DNA of 64,000 bases from Promethearchaeia archaeon (GTDB taxonomy: Archaea; Asgardarchaeota; Lokiarchaeia; Sigyniarchaeales; SOKP01), in assembly GCA_029856045.1 (NCBI GenBank), contig JAHQWG010000035.1, forward strand, positions 32,001 to 96,000. Reading direction: 5' to 3'. The notes below the pieces were generated by a model. It did no database searches. It worked only from the letters and a program-made list of their open reading frames with translations, and had not been told where the DNA came from. Below, in pieces: positions 1 to 9,952 of this stretch. Both the position numbers and the translations under genes were made by a program. How positions within the stretch are numbered: position 1 is the stretch's first letter; each line of letters starts with the position of its first letter.

Positions 1-7
1 TCGGGCT

Positions 8-790
8 ATGGTATTACTAAAAAATATGAGATTTTTGGAGTATATTGAGGGTGATATTAACCATTATTGTATAAAGAAAAGTATCAAAAAACAAATAAAG
101 TCTGATGTGGATATTGAACCTTTAGTAAATAATAATATCACAACTTTAAGAGAAATTGAAAAAGTTCATGAAGAATCAATGAATCCAAAACATGCGGCAA
201 TATCACTTGATGGGGAACCTTTTTTATATCCTTTACTCTCTGATTTTGTGGCAGAATTTAAAAAACAAAAAATGACAACTTTTATTGTTTCAAACGGCAC
301 GTTTCCTGAGAAGATCGAATCAATGGAGTATTATCCCTCTCAATTATATATTTCTTTACCAGCCTCAAATGAAAAAACTTATAAAAAAATTTGCAGACCT
401 ATGCTTAAAAATGGATGGAAAAATATCATGAAAACAATGGATTTATTCAGTTCTATACCGTGTAGAACCGTTTTAAGAATAACTGGAGTTAAAAATTTAA
501 ATCTTAAGCATGAGGCTATAGATGAATATTTGAAAATTATAAAACGAGCAAATCCTAACTTCTTAGATATTAAAGGATTTACACTTCAAGCTAAAGCGTT
601 ATTAATTAAAGAACGTCTAAAATCTTCCAAAGATCTCCAATCCTTCTTTCCAGAATTTGAAGATATAAAAGAATTCGCAGAAAAAATAAGTAATTTAGGA
701 AATTTCTCTATTTTATACAAGAACGAGAGAAGTCGTGATGTGCTTCTTGGAGTTAATTGGAATAAAAAAAAATTAGAAATAAGTAAGTAA
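8..790 (+). CDS. taw1: 4-demethylwyosine synthase Taw1/TYW1 (radical SAM), 5'-truncated by the window edge
   Basis: PKHAAISLDGEP, TTFIVSNGT and SQLYISL motifs. The frame is open to the window start and the CxxxCxxC motif is not in view. Confidence 0.85.
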   Translation: MVLLKNMRFLEYIEGDINHYCIKKSIKKQIKSDVDIEPLVNNNITTLREIEKVHEESMNPKHAAISLDGEPFLYPLLSDFVAEFKKQKMTTFIVSNGTFPEKIESMEYYPSQLYISLPASNEKTYKKICRPMLKNGWKNIMKTMDLFSSIPCRTVLRITGVKNLNLKHEAIDEYLKIIKRANPNFLDIKGFTLQAKALLIKERLKSSKDLQSFFPEFEDIKEFAEKISNLGNFSILYKNERSRDVLLGVNWNKKKLEISK

Positions 791-1072
791 TTTTATTTCC
801 AGCAAATTTAATCCGCTAAGACATGAAATAATTCTAAAATATAAATAGATTATTTTATTATTTTCTCTGATTGTATTATTTTACTATTTTTACTTCAAAA
901 AGAACCAACTACGAATAAGTCAAAAGGTTTAATAAAATTCATTAGTAAAAAATTTTTTGCACTATTTGTATTTGCTTTTTGTTCATTTTAAAAAAAAAAT
1001 GTAAACAAATCTTATTAAACCATATTTTTATATAATCGTTGTAACCAAATATTCAAATTATTAATTAGCAAG

Positions 1073-1204
1073 GTTTGAGGATCATAATATTTTATAGAGA
1101 AAATAATAATGGGTTATAAAGGGGAAATTTGGGTTGAGGATAGTTTTCAAGGGGATTCCTCAAAGGGAAGTAATTTTATCATAACTATTCCAGAGGTTGA
1201 GTAA
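1073..1204 (+). pseudogene. C-terminal remnant of a sensor histidine kinase (HATPase_c tail)
   Basis: Frame 1088-1204 reads YFIEKIIMGYKGEIWVEDSFQGDSSKGSNFIITIPEVE*, like an HK C-terminus. There is a stop at 1085, a degenerate G-box (GLRIII) in another frame, and an overlap with the start of the response regulator. Confidence 0.75.
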
Positions 1205-1568
1205 TATAACTACGATATTTGTTGTCGAAGATGATCTATCATTACAACGTTTATATAGTGAAATTTTAAGTTTGCATGGATTTCACGTTGTTGGTGCTGC
1301 GAAAAATGGAAAAGAAGCAGTTGAGATATTTAAAACGTTTTCAGAAAAACCTGATATTATTCTGATGGATCATAGGATGCCTGTTAAGAATGGAATTCAA
1401 GCAACAAAAGAAATTCTACAGTATGGAGATCAATCAAAAATTATTTTTATTAGTGCAGATATAAGTATTCGAGAAAAAGCGCTTTCAATTGGGGCGATTC
1501 ATTTTATTGAGAAGCCTTTTACTTATGATCAATTGGTTGATCATATCAAAAAAGTATTGCTCATATGA
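1197..1568 (+). CDS. Stand-alone response regulator receiver (CheY-like)
   Basis: VVEDD, DIILMDHRMP (phospho-acceptor Asp), ISA and KPF motifs. Confidence 0.92.
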   Translation: MSNITTIFVVEDDLSLQRLYSEILSLHGFHVVGAAKNGKEAVEIFKTFSEKPDIILMDHRMPVKNGIQATKEILQYGDQSKIIFISADISIREKALSIGAIHFIEKPFTYDQLVDHIKKVLLI

Positions 1569-1613
1569 AATTAAATGAGATTTTCATACAAAAAAAATTT
1601 CTTATCTCTACTA

Positions 1614-2264
1614 TTAAGGAGTAATTTTTTTGAGCTGAGATTCAACTATTTCTTTCAATTCTTTAATGCCAATTTTTTCAAGAGTGGAAGTCATAAGAAC
1701 TGGAAAAACATCACCATCAAAATCTTTAAATTCATTGAATTTAACTAGTTTTAGACCAAATTTTGTAGCACTATTAAGAAAGAATGTTTCTGTTTTTTTT
1801 CTATCAATTGTATTTAATTTATCAATTTTACTTAATACAACTAATACTGGTGTATTAAATTCTTTGAATAGATCAATAAATTCAAACGTTAGTGGTATAG
1901 TCTCCTCACTTTTATAAAACCACTTTTCCAACTCATCCCTAATCCTGAGGACATTTACTACAACGATTCCTAAAAAGAATTCTTTATAATGTTTTTCTAA
2001 ATGGATTATAATCATTTTCTTTATATGTTCTGTTCTTCTTCTACTCGTTTTCTTCATAAACCCGAAACCTGGTAAATCCAAAATGTCAAAAGGCATTAAT
2101 GGGTCTTGTATTTTTTTTAATAATAAAGTAGTACCAGGGATTTTACCAGTTTTCCCCTTAAATTTTTTGGGATTACTAACTAAAAAGCGTGTAAGACTAG
2201 TCTTTCCAACATTAGAATTTCCAATAATTATTAAAACAGGTTTTAATTCTTTCTCTGAAGTCAT
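1614..2264 (-). CDS. engB: EngB/YihA family GTP-binding protein
   Basis: GNSNVGKTS, PGTT, DLPGFG and SKID motifs. Confidence 0.85.
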   Translation of the reverse strand: MTSEKELKPVLIIIGNSNVGKTSLTRFLVSNPKKFKGKTGKIPGTTLLLKKIQDPLMPFDILDLPGFGFMKKTSRRRTEHIKKMIIIHLEKHYKEFFLGIVVVNVLRIRDELEKWFYKSEETIPLTFEFIDLFKEFNTPVLVVLSKIDKLNTIDRKKTETFFLNSATKFGLKLVKFNEFKDFDGDVFPVLMTSTLEKIGIKELKEIVESQLKKITP

Positions 2265-2311
2265 TACTCATCTTAATATATATGCAATTAAAGCAATAAA
2301 TAAATCATTGA

Positions 2312-3208
2312 TTAAATATCATTAAAATCATCTTTTAGAAAGTTAGAAATCATTTTATCCTGTTCTTCTTTTGGTATAATTGGACGTCGGCTTATGGGTT
2401 CTCCATTTTCTTTCAAAATTCTCTTTAAAAGATCTACATTGAGATTAATTTTAAATTTCCCCCCTTTATATCTTATAATATCTTTATCATATAATTTTAA
2501 TCTAAGGAGATAACCTAACCCAAAATAAAATTGCTGTTGGGGAATATTATCAAATGGGCTTTTGCTTGTTACCTCCTTTAAGAGATCATATAATCCTTCT
2601 TTTGAAGCGCTGTGATCTTCCGTCTCGAAAACAAGATGATATAAAGAATGATACCATATTTTATCGCGTTTATCTTTAATATAATTTTGAAAATCCTCAG
2701 CAGTAACTTCTTTCTTTTTTTGAATTTCTTTCCTTTTTTCTAATTCTAATCGGATTTTTTGTTCTAATCCTTCTGAAATAGGTTGTTCTGTTTTTTCTAT
2801 AGATTCTACATCTTTAGCCTCACTTTTCATTGTTGCTATAGCCTCTTTCATGTCCCTTAATTCATCTAAATCAAGTTCTTGAAGATCTGAAAAGTTTTGG
2901 GATAACTGTTCTCTTTCATCTAAATATGTCATTAACTCTGAATTTTCGACAGATATTTCTTCAGAGACTTCTGCTTCCTCTATTTCATCTTCTGAAACTT
3001 CCTCTTTTGATTTTCCTTTCCTAACTTCTTCAACAGCTTCTTTAATATCCTGCAACTCTTCCATATCTAAATCACTTAAATCAGAAAAATCTTCTGAAAG
3101 AATATCAATTTCTTTTATATAGGCTTTAAGATCAGTATCTTGCTGTTCCTCATCCTCAGATTCACCAAATTTTTTATTATTTTGCTCATTTTGCTCTTCA
3201 TCTGACAT
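2312..3208 (-). CDS. Hypothetical protein: acidic N-terminal half with an internal repeat, globular C-terminal domain
   Basis: 298-aa ORF with two copies of an LSx[DN]FSDLxxLDxxELxDxKEA segment. Confidence 0.7.
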   Translation of the reverse strand: MSDEEQNEQNNKKFGESEDEEQQDTDLKAYIKEIDILSEDFSDLSDLDMEELQDIKEAVEEVRKGKSKEEVSEDEIEEAEVSEEISVENSELMTYLDEREQLSQNFSDLQELDLDELRDMKEAIATMKSEAKDVESIEKTEQPISEGLEQKIRLELEKRKEIQKKKEVTAEDFQNYIKDKRDKIWYHSLYHLVFETEDHSASKEGLYDLLKEVTSKSPFDNIPQQQFYFGLGYLLRLKLYDKDIIRYKGGKFKINLNVDLLKRILKENGEPISRRPIIPKEEQDKMISNFLKDDFNDI

Positions 3209-3664
3209 CTAAATATACCATATTCCTTATTTCTTAGATATTTAATTTCTAATTCAAATCAATAAATAATAAGTATATTTTCTTATTGAATATTACTTTA
3301 CAAACTGGATAACTAATAAAAAATTATTAAAAGAAAAAATAAGAATGAGTAGAAAAATCTTAATGAGGGTTGGAAGATTAAAACCAATTTTTGAGGGTAT
3401 TGATGAATTATATGCTAGAATAAATATTAAACTCTAAGAAGTAATTCAAACCTTTAAATAATTAACTTATTTTATTAAATGTTAGAGAAATTTATTAGAG
3501 TTAAAAAAAATAAATATAAAAAATTTTTAATTACTTTCAAGAGATAGGTTGGTATTATCATAAGTAGAAAATTAAAATTCTGTCTATTTGCAATAATTGG
3601 ATTAATTTCTGGGATATATCTTATAATTTATTTAAAAACAGCAAATCGTCTATTAGATTACTTT

Positions 3665-3886
3665 TTGATGCCAATTTTACTAATTGTCGGATCATCGGGG
3701 CCTTTTTTTATTTATGTTGCTCCTCAGAGTCTTAATAACATATTATTGAGCTTGGGGTGGAAGAAAGAAGAAAAGATTAAAAAAAAATGCACTATTTGTA
3801 AAAGAGTTATACCTTCTTTTCAAAATAAGTGTCCCTACTGTACAAAAAAATCTAATCCAATAGAATATAATTATCAACGCTATTAA
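3665..3886 (+). CDS. Small membrane protein with C-terminal zinc ribbon; true start probably near 3554-3560
   Basis: CTIC...CPYC motif. The frame is open from 3548 and encodes an extra hydrophobic helix. Confidence 0.6.
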   Translation: MMPILLIVGSSGPFFIYVAPQSLNNILLSLGWKKEEKIKKKCTICKRVIPSFQNKCPYCTKKSNPIEYNYQRY

Positions 3887-4014
3887 TATTTTAGATTATA
3901 AAAGATAAAATGGTTTCAGCTACTTCTATATTTCTTAAAGTTTTCAATGATTTTTAATATAGTATAGAGATTTAAAATAAATGAAAAATAAGAAATTAAA
4001 AAATTATAAAAAAA

Positions 4015-6258
4015 CTAAGTCTGTTTATAGATGAATCTCTCCCATGGCTTAGGATTCGGTAATTCGACCTTCATGCCTTTTCTTTTTCTAATATTCAAGA
4101 TTAATTCTTCTTGCATTTTGGTCGGAACTCGCTCAAAGGCTTTAAATTCATAACCAAAAAAGGCACGACCTTGTGTAGCACCTCTAAAATCGTCATCAAT
4201 TCCTAGCGTTTCCGAAGCAGGAATTTCGCCATGAACAGTCACATAATCATCATCAGAACTAACATTCACAATTTTTCCTCGATGTTGGTTTAAAATTGAA
4301 ATTATACCCGATTCCGTCCCTGCGGGAGTTTTAATATCTACCCTCTGAATGGGTTCATACATTTGTGGATCACCTTTTAGAAATGCTAATGAAAAACCAG
4401 AAAAAATCATCCCGGCTATTTGATTATACTGAGTATGTCTCGGATCTTCATGGATTACCATATCTGTAAAAATTACTTTTAAACCTAAGGCAGGTTCTTT
4501 AGCTAAAACGCAACTTTGAGTCCAATCGCGAAATGCCGCAACTAAATAAGATTTAACTCTATTAAATCTTTGCAATCCCATTGTTCCATTGATTAGAACA
4601 TTTCCTTTATATATATCTACAATCCTTCTAGCTTCTTTTGTATCCCATCCAGCCTCTTCTCTTAAGATTTTTGCTCTCTCTTTCTCAGGCATATATTCTC
4701 CAATTTTGCCTGACATAATTAGTTCTAAGGAAGTATTATCAAGAGGTTCAATATGCATAAGAAATTTATTGTGAGTATTTGCAGATTTTGTATGAACGTC
4801 AGAAGTTAATTTTTCGATTTTCTCACGATATACAATAATCGGAGCTCCAACTTCGATTGGTACTTGTTTATCAATACGTTTTGTTAAAATATCTATCTGA
4901 AGAGGGTCAATACCAGATAATATATATTCGCCAGATTCTTCATCTAATCTAAATTCGGCAGTAGTATCAGCCATTAACCATTTTTGCACAACCTCTCCTA
5001 ATTTTGCTAAATCTTGATGATCCTTTGGTTTTATACTTCGCGATACTACAGCTTCACAAGCATATTTAATTTGCTCAAATGATGGGATATATTCCCCCTT
5101 ACCTGGTGCCATTTTTGCTGCAATGAAAGTTTCTCCAGTAGGACAAATAAAACCATATATTGCGAAAAGATTACCTGCGGGGATTTTTCCAGTATCTAAA
5201 ATATCGGTTATTTCCATAACACCTAAACGTTTTATCCGTACTTTCTCTTTTTTGCCTAATAAATATATTGAATCTGAAAGATCTAGCGTCCCGGAAAATA
5301 CTCTACCTATTAAAGTTGCACGAAAAGACTTAGGATCAATAAATATTTTCGTTATCATTCCATATAACGGCCCATTTGGATCACAATTTAATAAAGCTTG
5401 GCCTAGTTCTGAATCTAAATCACCTTCAGACCAGATTTTCGGAATTCGATATTTTGATGCTGTTAATGGATCTGGAAGATGATCTACAACCATTCTTAAT
5501 AGAGCCTCATCTAATCTGAGATTTTTTCTCAAATATGCAATATCTCCTTCGTTGTATTTCTCAAAAACAAAGGTTGGTTTAATATTGTTTTCCTTAAGAA
5601 TTTCAAGGGTGAAACCCCAACCATCCTTCGCGGAACCAATTGCAACACTATTATTTGGAAATGAAACTCTCCAATCAATTCCTTTCGGGGAGATCTTTTT
5701 TATTAATTCATTAACCTCATTTTGAATCTTATCTATTCTCTCATAAACCTGCTTGGGACTGAGTTTTAATTCGTTAATTAATCTATCGACTTTATTAATG
5801 AATAAAACGGGCTTACATAATTCTTCTCCAACGCTTAATCTAATATTCGTTTCTGTTTGAGTCATTACTCCTTCTAAAGCATCTACCAAGATTATACAAC
5901 CATCTGAAGCCCTTAATGCACGTGATACTTCGCCAGTAAATGAAATATGTCCGGGAGTATCATTAATTTGAAAGATATAAGGTTCCTTATCGTCTGGGGT
6001 TCTTGAATCATTAAAAGCAAGTAATACAACGCTTGTAAATATCGTAATACCCCTTTCTTGTTCTTCTTCATCCGAGTCAGTAGCAAGGAGTAGGCCTGCA
6101 TCCTCTTCACGCATGAGCCCCGCCCGCTCTAAAAGGTAATCTGTAGTTGTTGTTTTGCCATGATCTATATGAGCAACAATTGAGAAGATCCTTTTCTTCT
6201 CATAAGGTCCACCAATTACAAGATTCCGTATTTCTTCGGGATTTTTTACTTTTACCAT
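4015..6258 (-). CDS. fusA: Translation elongation factor aEF-2 (or paralog) with a non-canonical diphthamide loop
   Basis: AHIDHGKTT, ERGITI, DTPGH and NKVD motifs. Domain IV reads HEDPRHTQYNQ. Confidence 0.92.
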   Translation of the reverse strand: MVKVKNPEEIRNLVIGGPYEKKRIFSIVAHIDHGKTTTTDYLLERAGLMREEDAGLLLATDSDEEEQERGITIFTSVVLLAFNDSRTPDDKEPYIFQINDTPGHISFTGEVSRALRASDGCIILVDALEGVMTQTETNIRLSVGEELCKPVLFINKVDRLINELKLSPKQVYERIDKIQNEVNELIKKISPKGIDWRVSFPNNSVAIGSAKDGWGFTLEILKENNIKPTFVFEKYNEGDIAYLRKNLRLDEALLRMVVDHLPDPLTASKYRIPKIWSEGDLDSELGQALLNCDPNGPLYGMITKIFIDPKSFRATLIGRVFSGTLDLSDSIYLLGKKEKVRIKRLGVMEITDILDTGKIPAGNLFAIYGFICPTGETFIAAKMAPGKGEYIPSFEQIKYACEAVVSRSIKPKDHQDLAKLGEVVQKWLMADTTAEFRLDEESGEYILSGIDPLQIDILTKRIDKQVPIEVGAPIIVYREKIEKLTSDVHTKSANTHNKFLMHIEPLDNTSLELIMSGKIGEYMPEKERAKILREEAGWDTKEARRIVDIYKGNVLINGTMGLQRFNRVKSYLVAAFRDWTQSCVLAKEPALGLKVIFTDMVIHEDPRHTQYNQIAGMIFSGFSLAFLKGDPQMYEPIQRVDIKTPAGTESGIISILNQHRGKIVNVSSDDDYVTVHGEIPASETLGIDDDFRGATQGRAFFGYEFKAFERVPTKMQEELILNIRKRKGMKVELPNPKPWERFIYKQT

Positions 6259-6555
6259 AGTATTTTTTCAATTTATTTATTCATTCATCTAATTAAATTT
6301 TTAAATATGAAGAAAAATAAAAATTTTGCGATTTTTAAAAATAAGAACACTCAAATAATGCTATGCTTTTATATCAACGCGAGTATTCCAAAATAACAAT
6401 TAAAAAATTAAAGTAAAAATTATTTAGATATGATATTTAAACAATTTATAATTTGTAGGTAAAATCCATGTAAATTGATTACCAAGTAAGAATTCAAAAC
6501 AATATTTCTTAAATTTTAGTTAGGTAAAAACTTTGGAAAAAACAAGTTAAATTAA

Positions 6556-8010
6556 TTATTTGATGTAAGGAAGTACCATTTCCTTTAGAATATAGACACA
6601 TCTCTTTCCAACATCGGTTTTTGCATGACAACAATTTGAAACATTAATTAGATCAAACTCTTTCGGCGCTTTATTTTCTGAAATATCATTTAAAAAGTCT
6701 AAAAATTTTATGAATCTTCGCTTCTCTTCTATATAAAGAAAGTTTTCTTTTAGAAGATAATTAGGGTTTTTCTTTTTAAATTGTTTCGCATGTAATTTTT
6801 CCTTAACTGGTGGACCACGCCTAAGAAATTTCTCTGAAATTTTTGGTTTTTCACAAAAAAATGAGATTGCATAAAGATTTTTATCAGTTTCAAAATAAAC
6901 TTCAAAAGTAATTTTTCCAAATCTAGGGTCTTTAGATTTTTCTATTTCGCCACTAATTTTTACCTTTTCTCCAAAAGAATATAATTTATCTCTTAATTCT
7001 GTATAATGAACTTCTAGATTTTCATTTTTGAATTCAATTAAAAAAAGATGGTCAAATATCGCTTCTTTCTTTACCAAATTAAAATCAACAATTGGTAAGG
7101 ATTTAAATTGAAAATATGAAATGTCAGGATCTTTTAAAAATTGCTTAACTTTATCTTTACAATAATAATATGCTTTTTTTGATATTGCAGCTGCTACATT
7201 TCTGTTTTTGTCTGTGGGATCAATTATTATTAGAAAATCATTAATAAATCGAGGCTTTTTTTTTAATTGTTGGGTATTTCTGCCAAAAAAATCGATAGGC
7301 TGATTTTCCAATTCATCAAAATGCTGAAATAAATTTAATAAATTTCTGAAATGATAAATTAATAATTCTGAACTGTATCCTATGAACCCTATCCTTCCAA
7401 CAGGACTTTTATCTCCATAGGAATAACAGCATTTAAAAAATTGTTTTAATAATCTTACTTCATTCTTTTGTTCCTTAGTTAAATTATCTCTAACAAATCG
7501 AGTATGCCAAGGAGTTCTATCAACAGCCGTTATTGGACCATTTTCCAATAAGTATTCCTTAGATAAAGCAAAGCAAAGAACAATATCAATTTCAGTTATT
7601 CCTTCTGAATCAATATATTCCGCAGAGACATAGGGATGTTCTGCATAAAGTAATATAATATTCTTAAAATCGTGCTTTTCTATAGCTTTAATTATCCAAG
7701 TTTCACAGAGTTCTCTAAATTTACTTTTCAATTTTTGTTTTAATTTAGTTTTACTTATTTTTTCTTCCATAAACGATTTAAAATCCATTCCAATAAACAA
7801 ATCAATATCAGATGTGTTTCTCAATTGAGTTTGTTTAATTCCTGTTGAACCTTGAGGCTCAATAAATTTAAAGGTAATTCCCAATTCTTTTGCCTTTTGT
7901 GTTAGTAATTTGGTCAAAAAATCAATAATTTCTTTATGTTTTTCTATTTCTTGCTTTGTAGGAAGAATTTCATTGAGAGCAGCTTTAAATATGTCATCAA
8001 ATTGAGTCAT
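6556..8010 (-). CDS. cca: Archaeal CCA-adding enzyme (class I)
   Basis: GS...DIDLF, YAEHPYV, TAVDRTPWH, VRLLKQF, DPTDKNRNVAAA and RGPP motifs. Confidence 0.93.
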   Translation of the reverse strand: MTQFDDIFKAALNEILPTKQEIEKHKEIIDFLTKLLTQKAKELGITFKFIEPQGSTGIKQTQLRNTSDIDLFIGMDFKSFMEEKISKTKLKQKLKSKFRELCETWIIKAIEKHDFKNIILLYAEHPYVSAEYIDSEGITEIDIVLCFALSKEYLLENGPITAVDRTPWHTRFVRDNLTKEQKNEVRLLKQFFKCCYSYGDKSPVGRIGFIGYSSELLIYHFRNLLNLFQHFDELENQPIDFFGRNTQQLKKKPRFINDFLIIIDPTDKNRNVAAAISKKAYYYCKDKVKQFLKDPDISYFQFKSLPIVDFNLVKKEAIFDHLFLIEFKNENLEVHYTELRDKLYSFGEKVKISGEIEKSKDPRFGKITFEVYFETDKNLYAISFFCEKPKISEKFLRRGPPVKEKLHAKQFKKKNPNYLLKENFLYIEEKRRFIKFLDFLNDISENKAPKEFDLINVSNCCHAKTDVGKRCVYILKEMVLPYIK

Positions 8011-8035
8011 GTGATCCGCCTTTTAGAACTAATTC

Positions 8036-9850
8036 CTACATGCCCCACCAAGGGTTTTTTTCTTTTCGCATTAAGACAATATATTCTCGTAAAATATCTT
8101 TTTGTTCTGAGGTTAATTCTTCCAGAAATTTACCTATTAATTGTCTTACATGAGATTCAGGAACATTTATATAAAGAATCTCATCTTTTTCAAGATCTCT
8201 ACCAATTTCAACACCTTTCATTGAAACTGCTACCTCCATATCTTTAGTTGCTTTTTGAATATTTTGTCCTTTATCTTGAACTTTATTTATACGCCCTATG
8301 TATTTCCCATTATTTTTGATTATAGGAATTTTGGAAACCAAATCACCACCAATTACCCTAACTCCAAAAACAGCAGGATTCGAGTTTCTAAAGATAAATT
8401 CAGGCATCATTTGAAGCTTTCCCGGTAAGATTAATTCACCTAATTCTTTTGCAGTATCTTCTGCTTTTCGAGTTTCCTTATATTCAATATAATCCTCTGT
8501 CAATCTATAAATGACATCATTAGTAAAAATTCTTACATTTTCATTGTATGCCATCTCTTTTGCTTCATCTAAGATATTTACATTAAAGCCAAGAACAACG
8601 GACGAATATAAATCAAAATCTCTCACTACAACTGCACTCAATATATCGGCTTTTTTTATCGGACCTACATCAGCCCGACTAATATCAATACCATTTTCGG
8701 ATAAATGTTTCCCTAATGCCTCTAAAGACCCTAATGTATCCGCTTTTAGGACGATCCCTGCCTTATCTGTATGAATTCTTATACTATTAACTTCATCTTC
8801 AACTTTTTTATAAATTTCTTCTTCTTTCGAATCATCTTCAATTACATAAAGTGGAGCTCCTGCAATAGAATCTTCTAAATCTGATGCTAGGATTTTTATT
8901 CCAGCAGATGCGTGAACTTCATTAACTGAATCAAATTTTTGACGAGGATCCCTAATCTCATCAAGTGGTTTTGGCTGAAAAAGGGCTCGTATTTTTGTAA
9001 CTATTGGTTTATCTAATCCTCCAACAACCATTTTTTGCCCTTTTTTAATAATTCCATCATATATTAAAGTATCAATTGTATATCCGTATCCAGCTTCCTT
9101 TTTAACCTCTAATACTACACCTTTTGCTGGACCTTCAGAATAAAGCAATTTATCTTTTAAAAATTGTTGTGCTAATCCTAATAAAACGATAAGCATTGAA
9201 GATATACCTTCCCCAGTGATCGCACTAGTTGGCACAATAGCTAAGCTTTCAGTAAAATCTTTTATTTTGTCATATCTATCACACCCAGGAAATCCCTCTT
9301 CTAAAAAATCTCCAATAATCTTATATAATCTCTCATTAAAATCTTTTTTAACAAATTCAGTTTGCTTATTATAGGTTTCAACAAAGTCAGCATTTTTATT
9401 TGGTTTCCAACCTGGAATTCTGTCTATTTTATTTGCTGCGATAATGAAGGGGACTTTTCTTTCCCGAAGTATATTTACAGATTCCCAAGTAATAGGCATT
9501 GGCCCATCCATTATATCAATTACTAAAATTGCAATATCTGCAACAGCTCCTCCCCTTTTTCTCAAGTTCATAAATGCTGCGTGCCCTGGAGTATCCACTA
9601 TTAAAATTCCTGGAAGAAAAATATCTAAATCTGCAAATTTTTGGCCGCAAAAATTTTTAATCGCTTCTACTGGAAAATAACTAGCTCCGATATGTTGAGT
9701 TATCCCAGCAGCCTCCCTTTTCTGTACAACCGTTCCTCTCACATAATCTAATAAGCTTGTCTTTCCATGGTCAATGTGGCCGAGTATTGAAGCTATCAAT
9801 TCTCTAGGTTTTTTATCTTTATTGATAGATTGCGTCATTAAAAATCCCAC
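8036..9850 (-). CDS. infB: Translation initiation factor aIF5B/IF-2; probable start ATG at 9838
   Basis: GHIDHGKTS, EAAGITQHIGA, DTPGHAAF, NKID and KADTLGSLEAL motifs. Confidence 0.96.
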   Translation of the reverse strand: MGFLMTQSINKDKKPRELIASILGHIDHGKTSLLDYVRGTVVQKREAAGITQHIGASYFPVEAIKNFCGQKFADLDIFLPGILIVDTPGHAAFMNLRKRGGAVADIAILVIDIMDGPMPITWESVNILRERKVPFIIAANKIDRIPGWKPNKNADFVETYNKQTEFVKKDFNERLYKIIGDFLEEGFPGCDRYDKIKDFTESLAIVPTSAITGEGISSMLIVLLGLAQQFLKDKLLYSEGPAKGVVLEVKKEAGYGYTIDTLIYDGIIKKGQKMVVGGLDKPIVTKIRALFQPKPLDEIRDPRQKFDSVNEVHASAGIKILASDLEDSIAGAPLYVIEDDSKEEEIYKKVEDEVNSIRIHTDKAGIVLKADTLGSLEALGKHLSENGIDISRADVGPIKKADILSAVVVRDFDLYSSVVLGFNVNILDEAKEMAYNENVRIFTNDVIYRLTEDYIEYKETRKAEDTAKELGELILPGKLQMMPEFIFRNSNPAVFGVRVIGGDLVSKIPIIKNNGKYIGRINKVQDKGQNIQKATKDMEVAVSMKGVEIGRDLEKDEILYINVPESHVRQLIGKFLEELTSEQKDILREYIVLMRKEKNPWWGM

Positions 9851-9952
9851 TTTAAATCTATTAAACTTCTTAATTTATAATATTAAAAATAATCTTATAT
9901 TAATTATCATTACGATAAAGTTATAAAAAACTAAAAAGAATTAGAAAACTCA

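Noticed and set aside
3345-3437. 30-codon ORF MSRKILMRVGRLKPIFEGIDELYARINIKL
   Set aside because: Too short, with no recognisable motif or SD.
3479-3547. ATG at 3479 in frame with the zinc-ribbon ORF through a TAG at 3545 (possible amber readthrough)
   Set aside because: The upstream part is low-complexity A/T sequence. An alternative start after the TAG is simpler.
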